NCBI GenBank assembly: GCA_002269645.1
Contig: NIVC01000543.1
Span: 62,001-126,000 of the forward strand
Direction of reading: 5' to 3'
Length of the DNA stretch: 64,000 nt
From: Macrostomum lignano
Taxonomy: Eukaryota
Under the pieces are notes generated by a model that saw only the letters and a list, made by a program, of their open reading frames with translations, had not been told where the DNA came from and ran no database searches. This document shows, one piece after another, positions 1 through 11,299 of the stretch. A program made the position numbers and the translations under genes. Each line of letters begins with the position of its first letter. The stretch's first letter is position 1.

Positions 1-478
1 GCACTAGCAAACACAACAGAGGAGCGGCGGAGAAGTCTAGCTGATAGTCTCAGACAGACAATTTCGGGTCAGGCTTATCAAGCCAGCCAAGAGCTAGCAA
101 ATTACTTGTGACTGACGGCCACAAAAGCGTAACAGAAATAAATCTGAGTAAAGCAAACAGCTTAGCAAGCTGCACTTGTCAGAATTCTCACTCAGGAACA
201 CAGGCGGAAAAGCAGAGCAGATCTCCCGCGCCAATGAGTGCACTGGAGTTCAATCCTGCGTGTATTTTTTGCAAAACTGCAAACTTGGGAAAAATTAATT
301 TATCAAAGGATTTTCTAATTCCAGGCGGCATCAAGCAGCAACAATAATGTTGCAAAGAATCGCAATTAAAACTAATTTAACTAGCTAACAGATAGCAGTC
401 ACTGGGCAGCATAGCACGGAAATAGGGAAAGGAGGGAAAATGCTGAGACTGCCGTTTCCTAAACTATAGCAACAAAAT

Positions 479-1523
479 AACTGCATGTACAGGTGATTAG
501 CCAGCACTGTAGCCAGGCCAAACTGCATGTACAGGTGATTAGCCAGCACTGCGGCCAGGCCAAACTGCATGTACAGGTGATTAGCCAGCACTGCAGCCAG
601 GCCAAACTGCATGTACAGGTGATTAGCCAGCACTGTAGCCAGGCCAAACTGCATGTACAGGTGATTAGCCAGCACTGCGGCCAGGCCAAACTGCATGTAC
701 AGGTGATTAGCCAGCACTGCAGCCAGGCCAAACTGCATGTACAGGTGATTAGCCAGCACTGCAGCCAGGCCAAACTGCATGTACAGGTGATTAGCCAGCA
801 CTGCAGCCAGGCCAAACTGCATGTACAGGTGATTAGCCAGCACTGTAGCCAGGCCAAACTGCATGTACAGGTGATTAGCCAGCACTGCGGCCAGGCCAAA
901 CTGCATGTACAGGTGATTAGCCAGCACTGCAGCCAGGCCAAACTGCATGTACAGGTGATTAGCCAGCACTGCAGCCAGGCCAAACTGCATGTACAGGTGA
1001 TTAGCCAGCACTGCAGCCAGGCCAAACTGCATGTACAGGTGATTAGCCAGCACTGCAGCCAGGCCAAACTGCATGTACAGGTGATTAGCCAGCACTGCGG
1101 CCAGGCCAAACTGCATGTACAGGTGATTAGCCAGCACTGTAGCCAGGCCAAACTGCATGTACAGGTGATTAGCCAGCACTGCGGCCAGGCCAAACTGCAT
1201 GTACAGGTGATTAGCCAGCACTGCAGCCAGGCCAAACTGCATGTACAGGTGATTAGCCAGCACTGTAGCCAGGCCAAACTGCATGTACAGGTGATTAGCC
1301 AGCACTGCGGCCAGGCCAAACTGCATGTACAGGTGATTAGCCAGCACTGTAGCCAGGCCAAACTGCATGTACAGGTGATTAGCCAGCACTGTGGCCAGGC
1401 CAAACTGCATGTACAGGTGATTAGCCAGCACTGTAGCCAGGCCAAACTGCATGTACAGGTGATTAGCCAGCACTGTGGCCAGGCCAAACTGCATGTACAG
1501 GTGATTAGCCAGCACTGCGGCCA
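479..1523. repeat. 42-bp minisatellite, about 25 copies
   Basis: Unit CTGCATGTACAGGTGATTAGCCAGCACTG[C/T][A/G]GCCAGGCCAAA. It produces the spurious ORFs 385..1536, 459..1487 and 493..1629. Confidence 0.97.
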
Positions 1524-1622
1524 AGACAGAGGCCAAACTGCATTAACAAAAATAGCATTTATGCAGGAACATCAAACTACAATGAGTGCACTATTCAGAT
1601 CAGAAAGTACATGTAGCAGGCA

Positions 1623-2077
1623 CAATTGAACTAAGCCTTGCAAGCATGATTGCATTCGAATACTCTCAGAATGTTAAAGTTAGCCGACAAAAGTCCCAAT
1701 TGAACTAAGCCTTGCAAGCATGATTGCATTCGAATACTCTCAGAATGTTAAAGTTAGCCGACAAAAGTCCCAATTGAACTAAGCCTTGCAAGCATGATCG
1801 CATTCGAATACTCTCAGAATGTTAAAGTTAGCCGACAAAAGTCCCAATTGAACTAAGCCTTGCAAGCATGATCGCATTCGAATACTCTCAGAATGTTAAA
1901 GTTAGCCGACAAAAGTCCCAATTGAACTAAGCCTTGCAAGCATGATCGCATTCGAATACTCTCAGAATGTTAAAGTTAGCCGACAAAAGTCCCAATTGAA
2001 CTAAGCCTTGCAAGCATGATCGCATTCGAATACTCTCAGAATGTTAAAGTTAGCCGACAAAAGTCCCAATTGAACTA
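1623..2077. repeat. 74-bp tandem repeat, about 6 copies
   Basis: CAATTGAACTAAGCC...AAAAGTCC recurs at 1623, 1697, 1771, 1845, 1919, 1993, with a partial copy at 2067. Confidence 0.97.
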
Positions 2078-2359
2078 AAAATTCATTTTAATGGCTGGCC
2101 GACTGGAAATCAAAAGCCACGAAAGCGCGGCGAACTCAACGCGGACAAATATTGGGTGGTAGAAAGCTTATGACCGAGCACGGTAATCTGGCTGCATAGC
2201 AACAGCAATCAGTTCCCTTGGATACAAGAGCGTATTTACAGGGCCTACCGCTGCTGTCTTCTCTATATAAGCATCCCAAAGGCAGCCAGAGTCAATTTGT
2301 TCAATGCAGCAAAGATTTGGAAAACACTGGGCATTGCTAAGCGGCTGGGAATGCCCGGA

Positions 2360-4993
2360 TCAACGCAGGCCGCTCAACCCCACGCCGCTCAGCGGGCCGG
2401 CCTTCCGCCCGGAGCCGCCGCCAGCCGTGGCCGCCGCCTTGCGCTTCTTGGCGGCCTCCTGCGACTCGACCAGCTGCTGCTGCCTTAGCCGGAACTCGGC
2501 CATGGGGTCCTCGAAGCCGCTGTAGAAGTCCAGCACCCCCCGGACATCGTCCACTCGCTCGGCCAGCAGCATCCGCAGGAAGGCGGCGAGGTCGATGAGC
2601 TCCAGGTCGCGGTCGTCGCCGCGCCAGCGCCGCATCACCAGGCAGTTGCGCTGCTGCAGCTGGCCGGCCTTGGCGTCCCAGTCCACGAAGATCACCTTGG
2701 ACAGGTCCCGGTTGAGGCAGGACAGGTCCTTCAGGTGCACGCCGTCTCGGTAGCGCGTGGACTCTCGGTAGAGCCGGTAGTGCAGGAACTGCCGGTCCGG
2801 ATCCACCTGCGGCCGAGTGGAGATAAACTATTGATAACTACTGTCCACAATTCAGATTCTTGTTCTAAGTCAACAAAACTTGATGCACAGAAATATTTCA
2901 AGCATTGATGGATGAAAGATGTGCACAGCATGCGACTCTGGTAGGTCGCAGCTCTCACCCTGTGTTTTAAACACAAACAAAACTGCTGCCCTATCAAAAC
3001 AGAGTGAACTGCACTTGGAGCTCACCCTGTGCTTCTACCGCAGCTAAGAACTGCTGCCCTATCACAACAGAGTGAACTGCACTTGGAGCTCACCCTGTGC
3101 TTCTACCGCAGCTAAGAACTGCTGCCCTATCACAACAGAGTGAACTGCACTTGGAGCTCACCCTGTGCTTCTACCGCAGCTAAGAACTGCTGCCCTATCA
3201 CAACAGAGTGAACTGCACTTGGAGCTCACCCTGTGCTTCTACCGCAGCTAAGAACTGCTGCCCTATCACAACAGAGTGAACTGCACTTGGAGCTCACCCT
3301 GTGCTTCTACCGCAGCTAAGAACTGCTGCCCTATCACAACAGAGTGAACTGCACTTGGAGCTCACCCTGTGCTTCTACCGCAGCTAAGAACTGCTGCCCT
3401 ATCACAACAGAGTGAACTGCACTTGGAGCTCACCCTGTGCTTCTACCGCAGCTAAGAACTGCTGCCCCATCACAACAAGTGAACTGCACTTGAAGCACAG
3501 CTTAATTTGCCCCATTGGCTGTTTTTGGATTACGCAAGCTGCCTGTTCGCAGCTCTGCTCAACAGACAAACTACCAAAGCAGCAAAAACTGTCAGCAGAA
3601 CAATCCCCCATAGTAGTTGACGCGCGAAAAATGGCTTTGTATTTCCAGTGTTTTAAAGCGCTGGGGGGGGGAAATTGTTAAGTAAAGTATTACTTAAGAA
3701 GTACAATCTTCTGCAACATTGCCACAATGCAATTTAGCTAGCCACAATGCAATCTGGCGAGCAATAGCCTCGCTGCTAAAGTGTGCTCATTCAATCAGCT
3801 ATGGGGTTCGCATGCCACAGAAAACGCTATATAAAAAGCTGACCTGCTTGAGCACCGGGTCCAGGTTCATCATGGTGTCCTTGGTGTAGACCACAACTTC
3901 AAAGTAGGGCGCCACCTGCTGCAAGAAGACGTCCAGGCCAGGCCGCTTCTTGAACCGCCAGCCGGTGCGAAACGACCACTCGCTGTGCAGCAGGATGCCG
4001 GTGACCTCCAGCACCAGGGTGTAGGGCGGCTGGTAGTAAGGCGGCTGAGCCGGGTCCGGCAGCAGCTTGTCGGAGATCGGATCCTTGATACTGCGGTTGA
4101 AATCGCGCATGTTGGCCAGAGCGCGCAGCAGGTAGGCGACGGGCAGCGGCCTGTCCGAGAATCGGTCGGGCACGGGGCGGCCGGACTCGTCCGCCTCCGG
4201 CTGGCCGAACGAAATCAGTGTGCCGGCGGCGCCAACCGAGACAAAAGCGCCGAACAGAACCAGGCTGAGCTTCCAGCTGTTTTTGCCTGCGGGGTGGGCG
4301 GGATGCCCCTTGGCTCAGCTCCAATTCCAGACATTTGCACCCGCTTCAACCCCCCCCCCCCAAGTTAAACCGCACATTCTTATTGGTGTTTCGAGCTGAA
4401 GTCATCAATGCAAAGCCAGCCAGCCTTCTGGGACCTTTGAGACCTTCAATAAAGATCGTAGTTTTTCAGCTTCTTCATCTCAAATAAATGAAGACAGATC
4501 CTGAAACATGGCCACTGATTGTAGCAAATGCGAACTTCTACGTGTTTCCAAAGTGAGATTCGAACTCGCGATAGGCCAGGACCGGTTATTTAGTTCTTGT
4601 GCTCGTAGTCAACTGGCCTTAACCTCAGAGCCAGGACCCTATCCGGTGGCGCACACGTTTGAAGTTCTATTTAACTATCAGCTCGCAGCCATCTTGCACA
4701 CACTATCAGAGATTCGCTTCCATTCTCTTGCAGCTCTTCAGTAGGCGATCGCTTAATAGCGAACCTTAATTACCTGTCCATCGACTCTCTTCAGCGGGAG
4801 GCGGCGGCGGCTGCTGCTGCGGCGGGGACCGCGGCTGGCCCTGCGGCTCAGCGGGAGCAGCAAAGCACCGGCAGCAGAGCAGCTGGCCGGGCAGAGGGGC
4901 CAGCAGCGCCAGCGGGCGAATTGGCTGACAGCCACTGCTGGCAAGCAGGCTGAGGAGGCGAGCGCCTCGGGACCGGGACAGCACCGAGAGCAT
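2360..4993 (-). CDS. TIMM50: Mitochondrial import inner membrane translocase subunit TIM50 (3 exons, 369 aa)
   Basis: Exons 4993-4774, 4286-3844 and 2806-2360 with GT-AG junctions, phases consistent, 1110 nt. It has an Arg/Ser/Leu-rich presequence and a TM segment ([21 protein letters not shown]). Motifs [26 protein letters not shown] and [12 protein letters not shown] match the TIM50 FCP1-like domain as I know it. Confidence 0.95.
3000..3492. repeat. 68-bp tandem repeat, about 7 copies, in TIM50 intron 2
   Basis: AGAGTGAACTGCACTTGGAGCTCACCCTGTGCTTCTACCGCAGCTAAGAACTGCTGCCCTATCACAAC at 3001, 3069, 3137 and onward. Confidence 0.97.
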
Positions 4994-5479
4994 GGGAGAC
5001 TTGGCGGAATGCGCCACTGCATGAAAGGGTGCGCGCAGCACTGGCAGTCATTTCTGATGGTTTCTACTTGAATTTGTTTAGCAAGGTTCGAGAGAGAGTA
5101 GTAGAGTATAGCATGCTACAATAAGAAATAGCATAATTTGATATAGCAAAGCAAAAATAATATGGCACAAAATAGTATCTACAAACTATTATAAAAAATA
5201 CTAGTGCACTAGTTGGTTGTCTAATGCACAATTAGGCATTGGCTAATTTGGCTACAATCAAGCAAGTAACTAAATAAATTAATGCCTTCAAACTATTTTA
5301 TATATAAGGGGACAATGTAAATAATGTAAAAATGATCTAGCCATTAGGGCATCAAAACTAAATAAGTTTATAATGACAAGTAACAGAAGTATCCACATTA
5401 GCTATTAGTCTTAGTCTATGCTCATATTAGATAGGTCCATATTGATAGGACTAATATATTGTAAGCATCATCCATGCGT

Positions 5480-5512
5480 AACCTTGGGAATCACTTGGCC
5501 GTTTCTATTGGC

Positions 5513-5564
<52 letters not shown>

Positions 5565-5663
5565 TGTCCCTATTGGCTGAGAGCAGTCATGTGACTACTA
5601 TTCCATCCAATAGCAACCTACATGTGTGTTGCCAATAGAAATGGCCAGGTGAATCCCTAGGTT
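5480..5663. mobile_element. Palindromic MITE-like element with (CA)n expansion in its left arm
   Basis: The 41-nt left arm AACCTTGGGAATCACTTGGCCGTTTCTATTGGCAACACACA matches the reverse complement of the right arm with 4 mismatches. Inner pairs are CATGTA/TACATG, CTATTGG/CCAATAG and AGTCA/TGACT. No clear TSD. Confidence 0.55.
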
Positions 5664-5687
5664 GTGCCCAAGCATGAGGGAGGATTG

Positions 5688-6080
5688 CTTTCACAAGCTC
5701 GAAATTTCACAAACTCAAAAACCATTTTAGCAGCCACTTTCACAGACCCGAAACTTCATAAGCTCGAAATTTCATATCCTCGAAAATTTTAGCAGGCAAC
5801 TTCATAAGCTACTTTCATAAGTAGGCAATTTCATATCCTCAAAAATTTTAGAAGCTTGCTTCACAAGCTTGAAATTTCACAACCTCGAAAATCATTTTAG
5901 CAGCTTTTGAAGTCGCCTGGTAAAATTTTTGAGGATATCAAATTTCAAGCTTGTGAAATTTTGAGCTTATGAAGTCGGCTGCTAAAATTTTTCAAGGTTG
6001 TGAAATTTTGAGCTTATGAAGTTTTGGCTTTGTGAAAGGAAGTGCTTTTTGAGGACTTGTGAAATTTTGAGCTTGTGAAG
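5688..6080. mobile_element. Foldback-type element with modular inverted arms
   Basis: The left half repeats TTCACAAGCTCGAAATTTCA and the right half repeats TGAAATTTTGAGCTTGTGAA. The terminal ~25 nt match at about 23 positions. No TSD recognised. Confidence 0.55.
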
Positions 6081-6184
6081 TGACCCAAGTATGATAAGCA
6101 TAGGATATCCCCCAGGCCTATCCTTACCTTAACCTTAGGCTTATTAAACATTACTTAATAGCCAAGATAGACCTAGGCCTAAAA

Positions 6185-6408
6185 CAGGGGTTGGCAACCT
6201 CTGGCCCACAGGCCAGATCTGGCCTGTAAAGACTTTCTCTGGCCCACGAATTTCTTCTATCTTCATTATTTCAATCTGGCCCAGACCTTTATTGTAACTT
6301 TATTAGGTAAAGACTTAGAGGCAAAATAATGGGGGGGCAACCTGTGGCCTATAGTCTCAAACTAAAAACCTATCTGGCCTTTAAGTAGAAAAAGGTTTCT
6401 AACCCCTA
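6185..6408. mobile_element. hAT (Charlie/MER58-like) non-autonomous element
   Basis: Starts CAGGGGTTGGCAACCTCTGGCCCACAGGCCAGATCTGGCC, the pattern of Charlie-type ends, and finishes with AGGTTTCTAACCCCT(A). The TSD is not clean. Confidence 0.55.
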
Positions 6409-6678
6409 TCTAGTCTAAAATGAAAGGTAGTTTTTTCTATAAGTAAATAGCTTTATAACTAGCAATCTACGCCCCCCGTTGGGGAGCCAAAGAAATGCAA
6501 TATACGTTTTTTAATAAGCTACATGTATCCTTGAAATCTTAAAAAATCTCCTGTCAAACTTTGTAAGCCTTGACATGTCAGTATTCCCCCCACAAGATTT
6601 AACATATCAACTTCCCCCCTTGACATCTCAGCAATGCCCCCAATAAGCCTTGGAAATCTAAAAATATCTGTCAACCTT

Positions 6679-6752
6679 CTAACTCTAACCCTAGCCTAAC
6701 CCTAACCCTAACCCTAACCCTAACCCTAACCCTAACCCTAACCTAACCCTAA
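6679..6752. repeat. Interstitial telomeric-type repeat (CCCTAA)n, about 10-11 units
   Basis: Near-perfect CCCTAA run at about 6695-6752, inside the Helitron. Confidence 0.85.
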
Positions 6753-7589
6753 AGCATTGAAATTTCAGTAATTCTCTCTAAGAGTCATTATAGCACTACT
6801 ACAGCATTATAGCGATTCCCTGCAAGCCTCGACATCGTAGGGATTCCCAAATGAATCTCTTAACTTCGACATGAAGCTTCTTTTATTTTTTACATTACGC
6901 TTTTTTATCAGCGATCCCTCCCCTGAGGAGGCATCAAATAATGTAATAAAAAGTTTTCAATAAACTACATGTAGCTTCTGGCTTTAGCCTTGAAATTTCA
7001 TTTATACTCCCGTAAGCCTTGACATGTCAGCGATGGCCCCCATAAACCTTGAAATCTAAAAAATCCCCTGTGAACCTTGAAACCCAATAAAATCTAACCC
7101 TCAACCCACACCTGACCTAAAACCTAACTTTAACCGAACCTAAAGCCTTGAAATCTCAGAAATTCTTCTCCCCTAAGCCTTGACATTTTAGTGATTCCTT
7201 CTTTAAGAATCACAGCACTATAACGATTTCCACCAAGCTTTAACATCGTAGCCATTCCCAAATGAATCTTTTAACTTCGACATGACTTTTCTTTTATATA
7301 TACTTAGTGCTACTTTTATTTTTTACATGACTCTTCTTCTATCAGCACCCCCCGTGGCGAGCCAACAAAGAATGCAATAAAAAATTGAGTAAAGTACATG
7401 AACTTTGAAGTAGCTTCTGAGTTTTGCTTTGACATCTCAGAAACCCCCCCCCGTAATCTCAGTTATTCTCTGAGAGCCTTTACGTCTCAGTTTTTCACCC
7501 CAGCACAGCATTATAGCTGCATTTAATTTTTACATGACACCCTTCATGTCTGACATGACGCTTCTTTTATTCTACCATGGTGCTTCTTA

Positions 7590-8690
7590 ATTTTTTAAAT
7601 GACACTTTCATTAGTTTTTAAATGAGGCTTCTATGATTTTTTCTTGACGCTTCTAAGATTTTTACATGATGCTTCTATGATTTTTTATATGACGCTTCTA
7701 TGATTGTTTATATGACGCTTCTATGCTTTTTACATGACGCTTCTATGATTTTTTACATGACGCTTCTATGATTGTTTACATGACGCTTCTATGATTTTTT
7801 ATATGACGCTTCTATGATTGTTTATATGACGCTTCTATGCTTTTTATATGACGCTTCTATGCTTTTTATATGACGCTTCTTTGATTTTTTACATGACGCT
7901 TCTATGATTGTTTACATGACGCTTCTATGATTGTTTATATGACGCTTCTGTGATTGTTTACATGACGCTTCTATGATTTTTTTACATGACGCTTTTATGA
8001 TTGTTTACATGACGCTTCTATGATTTTTTCATGACGCTCCTATGATTTTTACATGACGCTGCTATGATTTTTTATATGACGCTTCTATGCTTTTTTACAT
8101 GACGCTTCTATGATTGTTTACATGACGCTTCTATGATTGTTTACATGACGCTTCTATGATTTTTTCATGATGCTCCTATGATTTTTTCATGACGCTTCTA
8201 TGCTTTTCATATGACGCTTCTATGATTGTTTACATGACGCTTCTATGATTGTTTACATGACGCTTCTATGATTGTTTATATGACGCTTCTATGCTTTTTA
8301 CATGACGCTTCTATGATTTTTTACATGACGCTTCTGTGATTTTTTACATGACGCTTCTATGATTTTTACATGACGCTTCTATGCTTTTTACAAGACGCTT
8401 CTATGATTTTCACATGACGCTTCTATGATTTTTTACATGACGCTTTTATGATTTTTTACGTGACGCTTTTATGATTTTTACATGACGCTTTTATGATTTT
8501 TTACATGACGCTTTTATGATTTTTTACGTGACGCTTCTATGATTTTTTACGTGACGCTTTTATGATTTTTTACGTGACGCTTCTATGATTGTTTACATGA
8601 CGCTTCCATGATTTTTTTCATGACGCTTCTATGACTTTTTAGATGACGCTTCTATGATTTTTTTACATGACGCTTCTATGATTTTTTAGT
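7590..8690. repeat. 23-25-bp minisatellite, about 45 copies
   Basis: Unit ATGACGCTTCTATGATTTTTTAC with variable T runs. It decays gradually at the left edge. Inside the Helitron. Confidence 0.95.
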
Positions 8691-8738
8691 TTTCTTTGCG
8701 TTAAAAAACTTTAATTAAAAAAACTCCACTCTCTAAAA

Positions 8739-8790
8739 ATTCGAACCATCGTCCCTGCATTTAGCAGTCAGTCTGTTTACCTCTAGGCTA
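8739..8790 (-). pseudogene. Degenerate tRNA-like fragment (SINE-head-like)
   Basis: Minus strand reads TAGCCTAGAGGTAA (A-box-like), CTGCTAA (anticodon-loop-like) and GGTTCGAAT (B-box). The acceptor stem cannot be completed. Confidence 0.3.
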
Positions 8791-10159
8791 GCTCTCATCG
8801 TTTTGATAACATGAATTTTAGCACTTCTATATAATTATAAGTTTCAAAACTCCAAGCATAGAGTAAATCACACGAGGCAGTTATGACATAATCAATTTCT
8901 CAGTCAGTCAGTATCAGTTAACAATATGGTTACGCAATCTAAATCAAGTCTGGTGCTACGCTTCCACACTGCATTTTCAATACTGTGACGCAATTCAAGT
9001 CGGAGTTACAATTCAGTAATGATGCAATCTATTTTAGAATCAGATTCAACCAGTCAATTTTTCTCTTAGCATTCTTACAATGCATTTCAAGTCAAAAAGT
9101 TTTCTTGACCTTTGCAAAAAAGCATGTTTTTCGAATATTTAATGCCTTTAGCATCGAGCAATTTCTTAGCCAAGACACATGTACCGTCACGGGAAAATTT
9201 CTGATCGAACAGTGCAAGTCTCATGAAAATCGGTCCAGCCATTTTTTCTCTAATCGATTGCGTACAAACAAACAAACAAACAACTCATTTTTAGTATATA
9301 GGATATAATTGATTTTTAATTATTGCAATTAATTAATTTGAAAAAAGCAAATATAAACTAGAAAGAAAAAAAACTACTTTGTTATAAAAAACTAGAAACT
9401 AACAATTAAAAATAAGGTTTCTATATTACATTTTTAAAATAGAAAAACAATTAGTAAATTCTAATAAATATAAAAAATAATATAAAAAGGTATTAAAATG
9501 CAAAACTAATATAATTTTGACTAATCTTTTGTTTTGAATTTTTAGATATATACCTCAAATTTTAAGGAATTCTCATTGTTTTGATTTTTTCAAAAGGTTA
9601 GGGCCTAGTCTAGCTTAGCCTTTATTGTGCTAGGCCTGTTTTACTTATATTGAAACTTAGATTTAAATTACACCTATTCTATCAATAAATAAAAAATGAT
9701 AAAAAATAAAAATGATAAACAAAAATGGACAGAAAATTATTTAAAAAATGAAGAATTCAAGCACTAAGTGTCTATCAATATCATTTTTGATAAGTTTTTT
9801 ACATTGCATTAGGCCTAGGCATTGTCAGGCTCTTAGTCTTCATATGCCTACTAGTCTTACTTAAAAAAGTTAGCTATTATAGTTTATTTGTTTATTTATA
9901 CATATTCAAATTTAGGCCTAACTAGTAACAATTTTAATTAAGATGAAAATGGGTCAATAAAAGTAGGCTCTAAAATATTTATAAAAAGTGAAAACCTAGT
10001 TTTTGGACAAAAGTGATCACAGTGCCTAATAATACTAACAAAAATTTTTTTTAAAAATGTTGAAAATTGAATATAAAATATGCTAAAAAAGTTTTGTTTG
10101 TAGACCTAACTTTTTTATTACTTAACCAATTTTCAAAGGTGAGCCAGACATTAGACCTA

Positions 10160-10419
10160 GGGCCTTTTCATATTGCTTGTTCTGGTTCCAGAACCAGAAC
10201 CAATTTGTGAAGTATAACTTTTTGTCTCCATAACTAGAGGGAGATACGTGCTATAAAGTTTTTATTATTGAATGACAATCGCCAAGAAGAAAGTGAAAAA
10301 TTGTGCTAAGTTAGGTTGTTAAGGCAGTCAAATATTAACAGAGTTTAATAGTTATACTGCTGTTTTTCTTGGAATTCCGAACCGATTCTGGTTCTGGAAT
10401 TGGTAAAATGAAAAGGCCC
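10160..10419. mobile_element. PIF/Harbinger-type MITE, 260 bp
   Basis: Perfect 12-bp TIRs GGGCCTTTTCAT (10160-10171) and ATGAAAAGGCCC (10408-10419). 3-bp TSD CTA on both sides. Subterminal inverted CCAGAACC/GGTTCTGG motifs. Confidence 0.75.
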
Positions 10420-11299
10420 CTACCCTGGCAGGTTTAGGCTTTATCATCAAAAATATTAAACAAGGCTTAAACAGAGACAACAGTTGTGGACTAGCTAGGC
10501 CAACGCCTAACTGCTAACTCTAATGAAAAAATAGACAAGAATAAATATAAAATTAATTTGATTGTCCTGCAGAATTGTTTGTTAAACTCACTGTATGCAC
10601 ATTTCTAGCTATTGAAATGAAACTTTCCAAAAATGAATATTGTCCTTATGCCAACATTTTAGAAGTGTTTAAGATTTGTCTCATCTGTCTAGGTCCTATT
10701 TATGTGTATTATAGTATAGGAATAGGCCTAGTCATGATAAGACGTAAGAGTGAGATAGAGGAAAGAAGTAAAAAATAAATTAAATTTCCTTAGTAAATAT
10801 GAGTAAGTTAAGGCAGCATCTTCACTGGGGGAGACTTTGTCTTAGGGTCATGACCTTTTGATACGCTTTGGTTAAAACTTAAAAGTGGTCAAAAAGTGCT
10901 ACCGACCTGCGTGAAAACCCAAAATATTAGGAAAACTTGATTTATTTCCGGCTTGTTGATAAGTAAACAAAAGGCGGTGTATAGTGCGCTTCTGATCATT
11001 TTCATTTTGACAATCATAATTTAGTATTGTACTTTTTATTTTTTGTTTTATAATTATGGCAGAACGCTGTTTTGTATGTTAAAGCAGTAATTCAACTTAT
11101 CGTTTTTAGTAATTTTCGCGGGGAAATTGAGATTCGACTCGGCAGTGGGCAGGCAGGCTTCATCATCGCTATCACTTGCCTAAGCCATTATAATAATCCT
11201 CAGGTGGTTGTAGTATTGGTAATGTTTTAACAAATATCCGCTTGTTAAACTGCGTAAATTAAGCTTTTCGTCGACTAAAAAACTTCCATTTTCGTGGCA

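Larger units (their letters stand above)
6459..9303 (-). mobile_element. Non-autonomous Helitron, about 2.85 kb, composite
   Basis: On the minus strand it begins A|TCCTATATACTAAAAATGAG(TTGT)n...GGCTGGACCGATTTTCATG, the Lep1-type Helitron 5' architecture. It ends with hairpin GCTCCCC-AACG-GGGGGGC, a short spacer and CTAG|T at 6459. Inserted in an AT dinucleotide with no TSD. No Rep/helicase ORF. Confidence 0.7.

Noticed and set aside
385-1629. Long ORFs over tandem arrays (also 17371-18103, 28847-29755, 33898-35622, 34185-35471, 38105-39313)
   Set aside because: The units are multiples of 3 without stops, are open in several frames and on both strands, and lie in introns or intergenic DNA. 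They show no domain content.
6679-6752. Chromosome end or fusion site at the (CCCTAA)n tract
   Set aside because: The tract is short, single-orientation, embedded in a duplicated module inside a Helitron, and flanked by genes on both sides.
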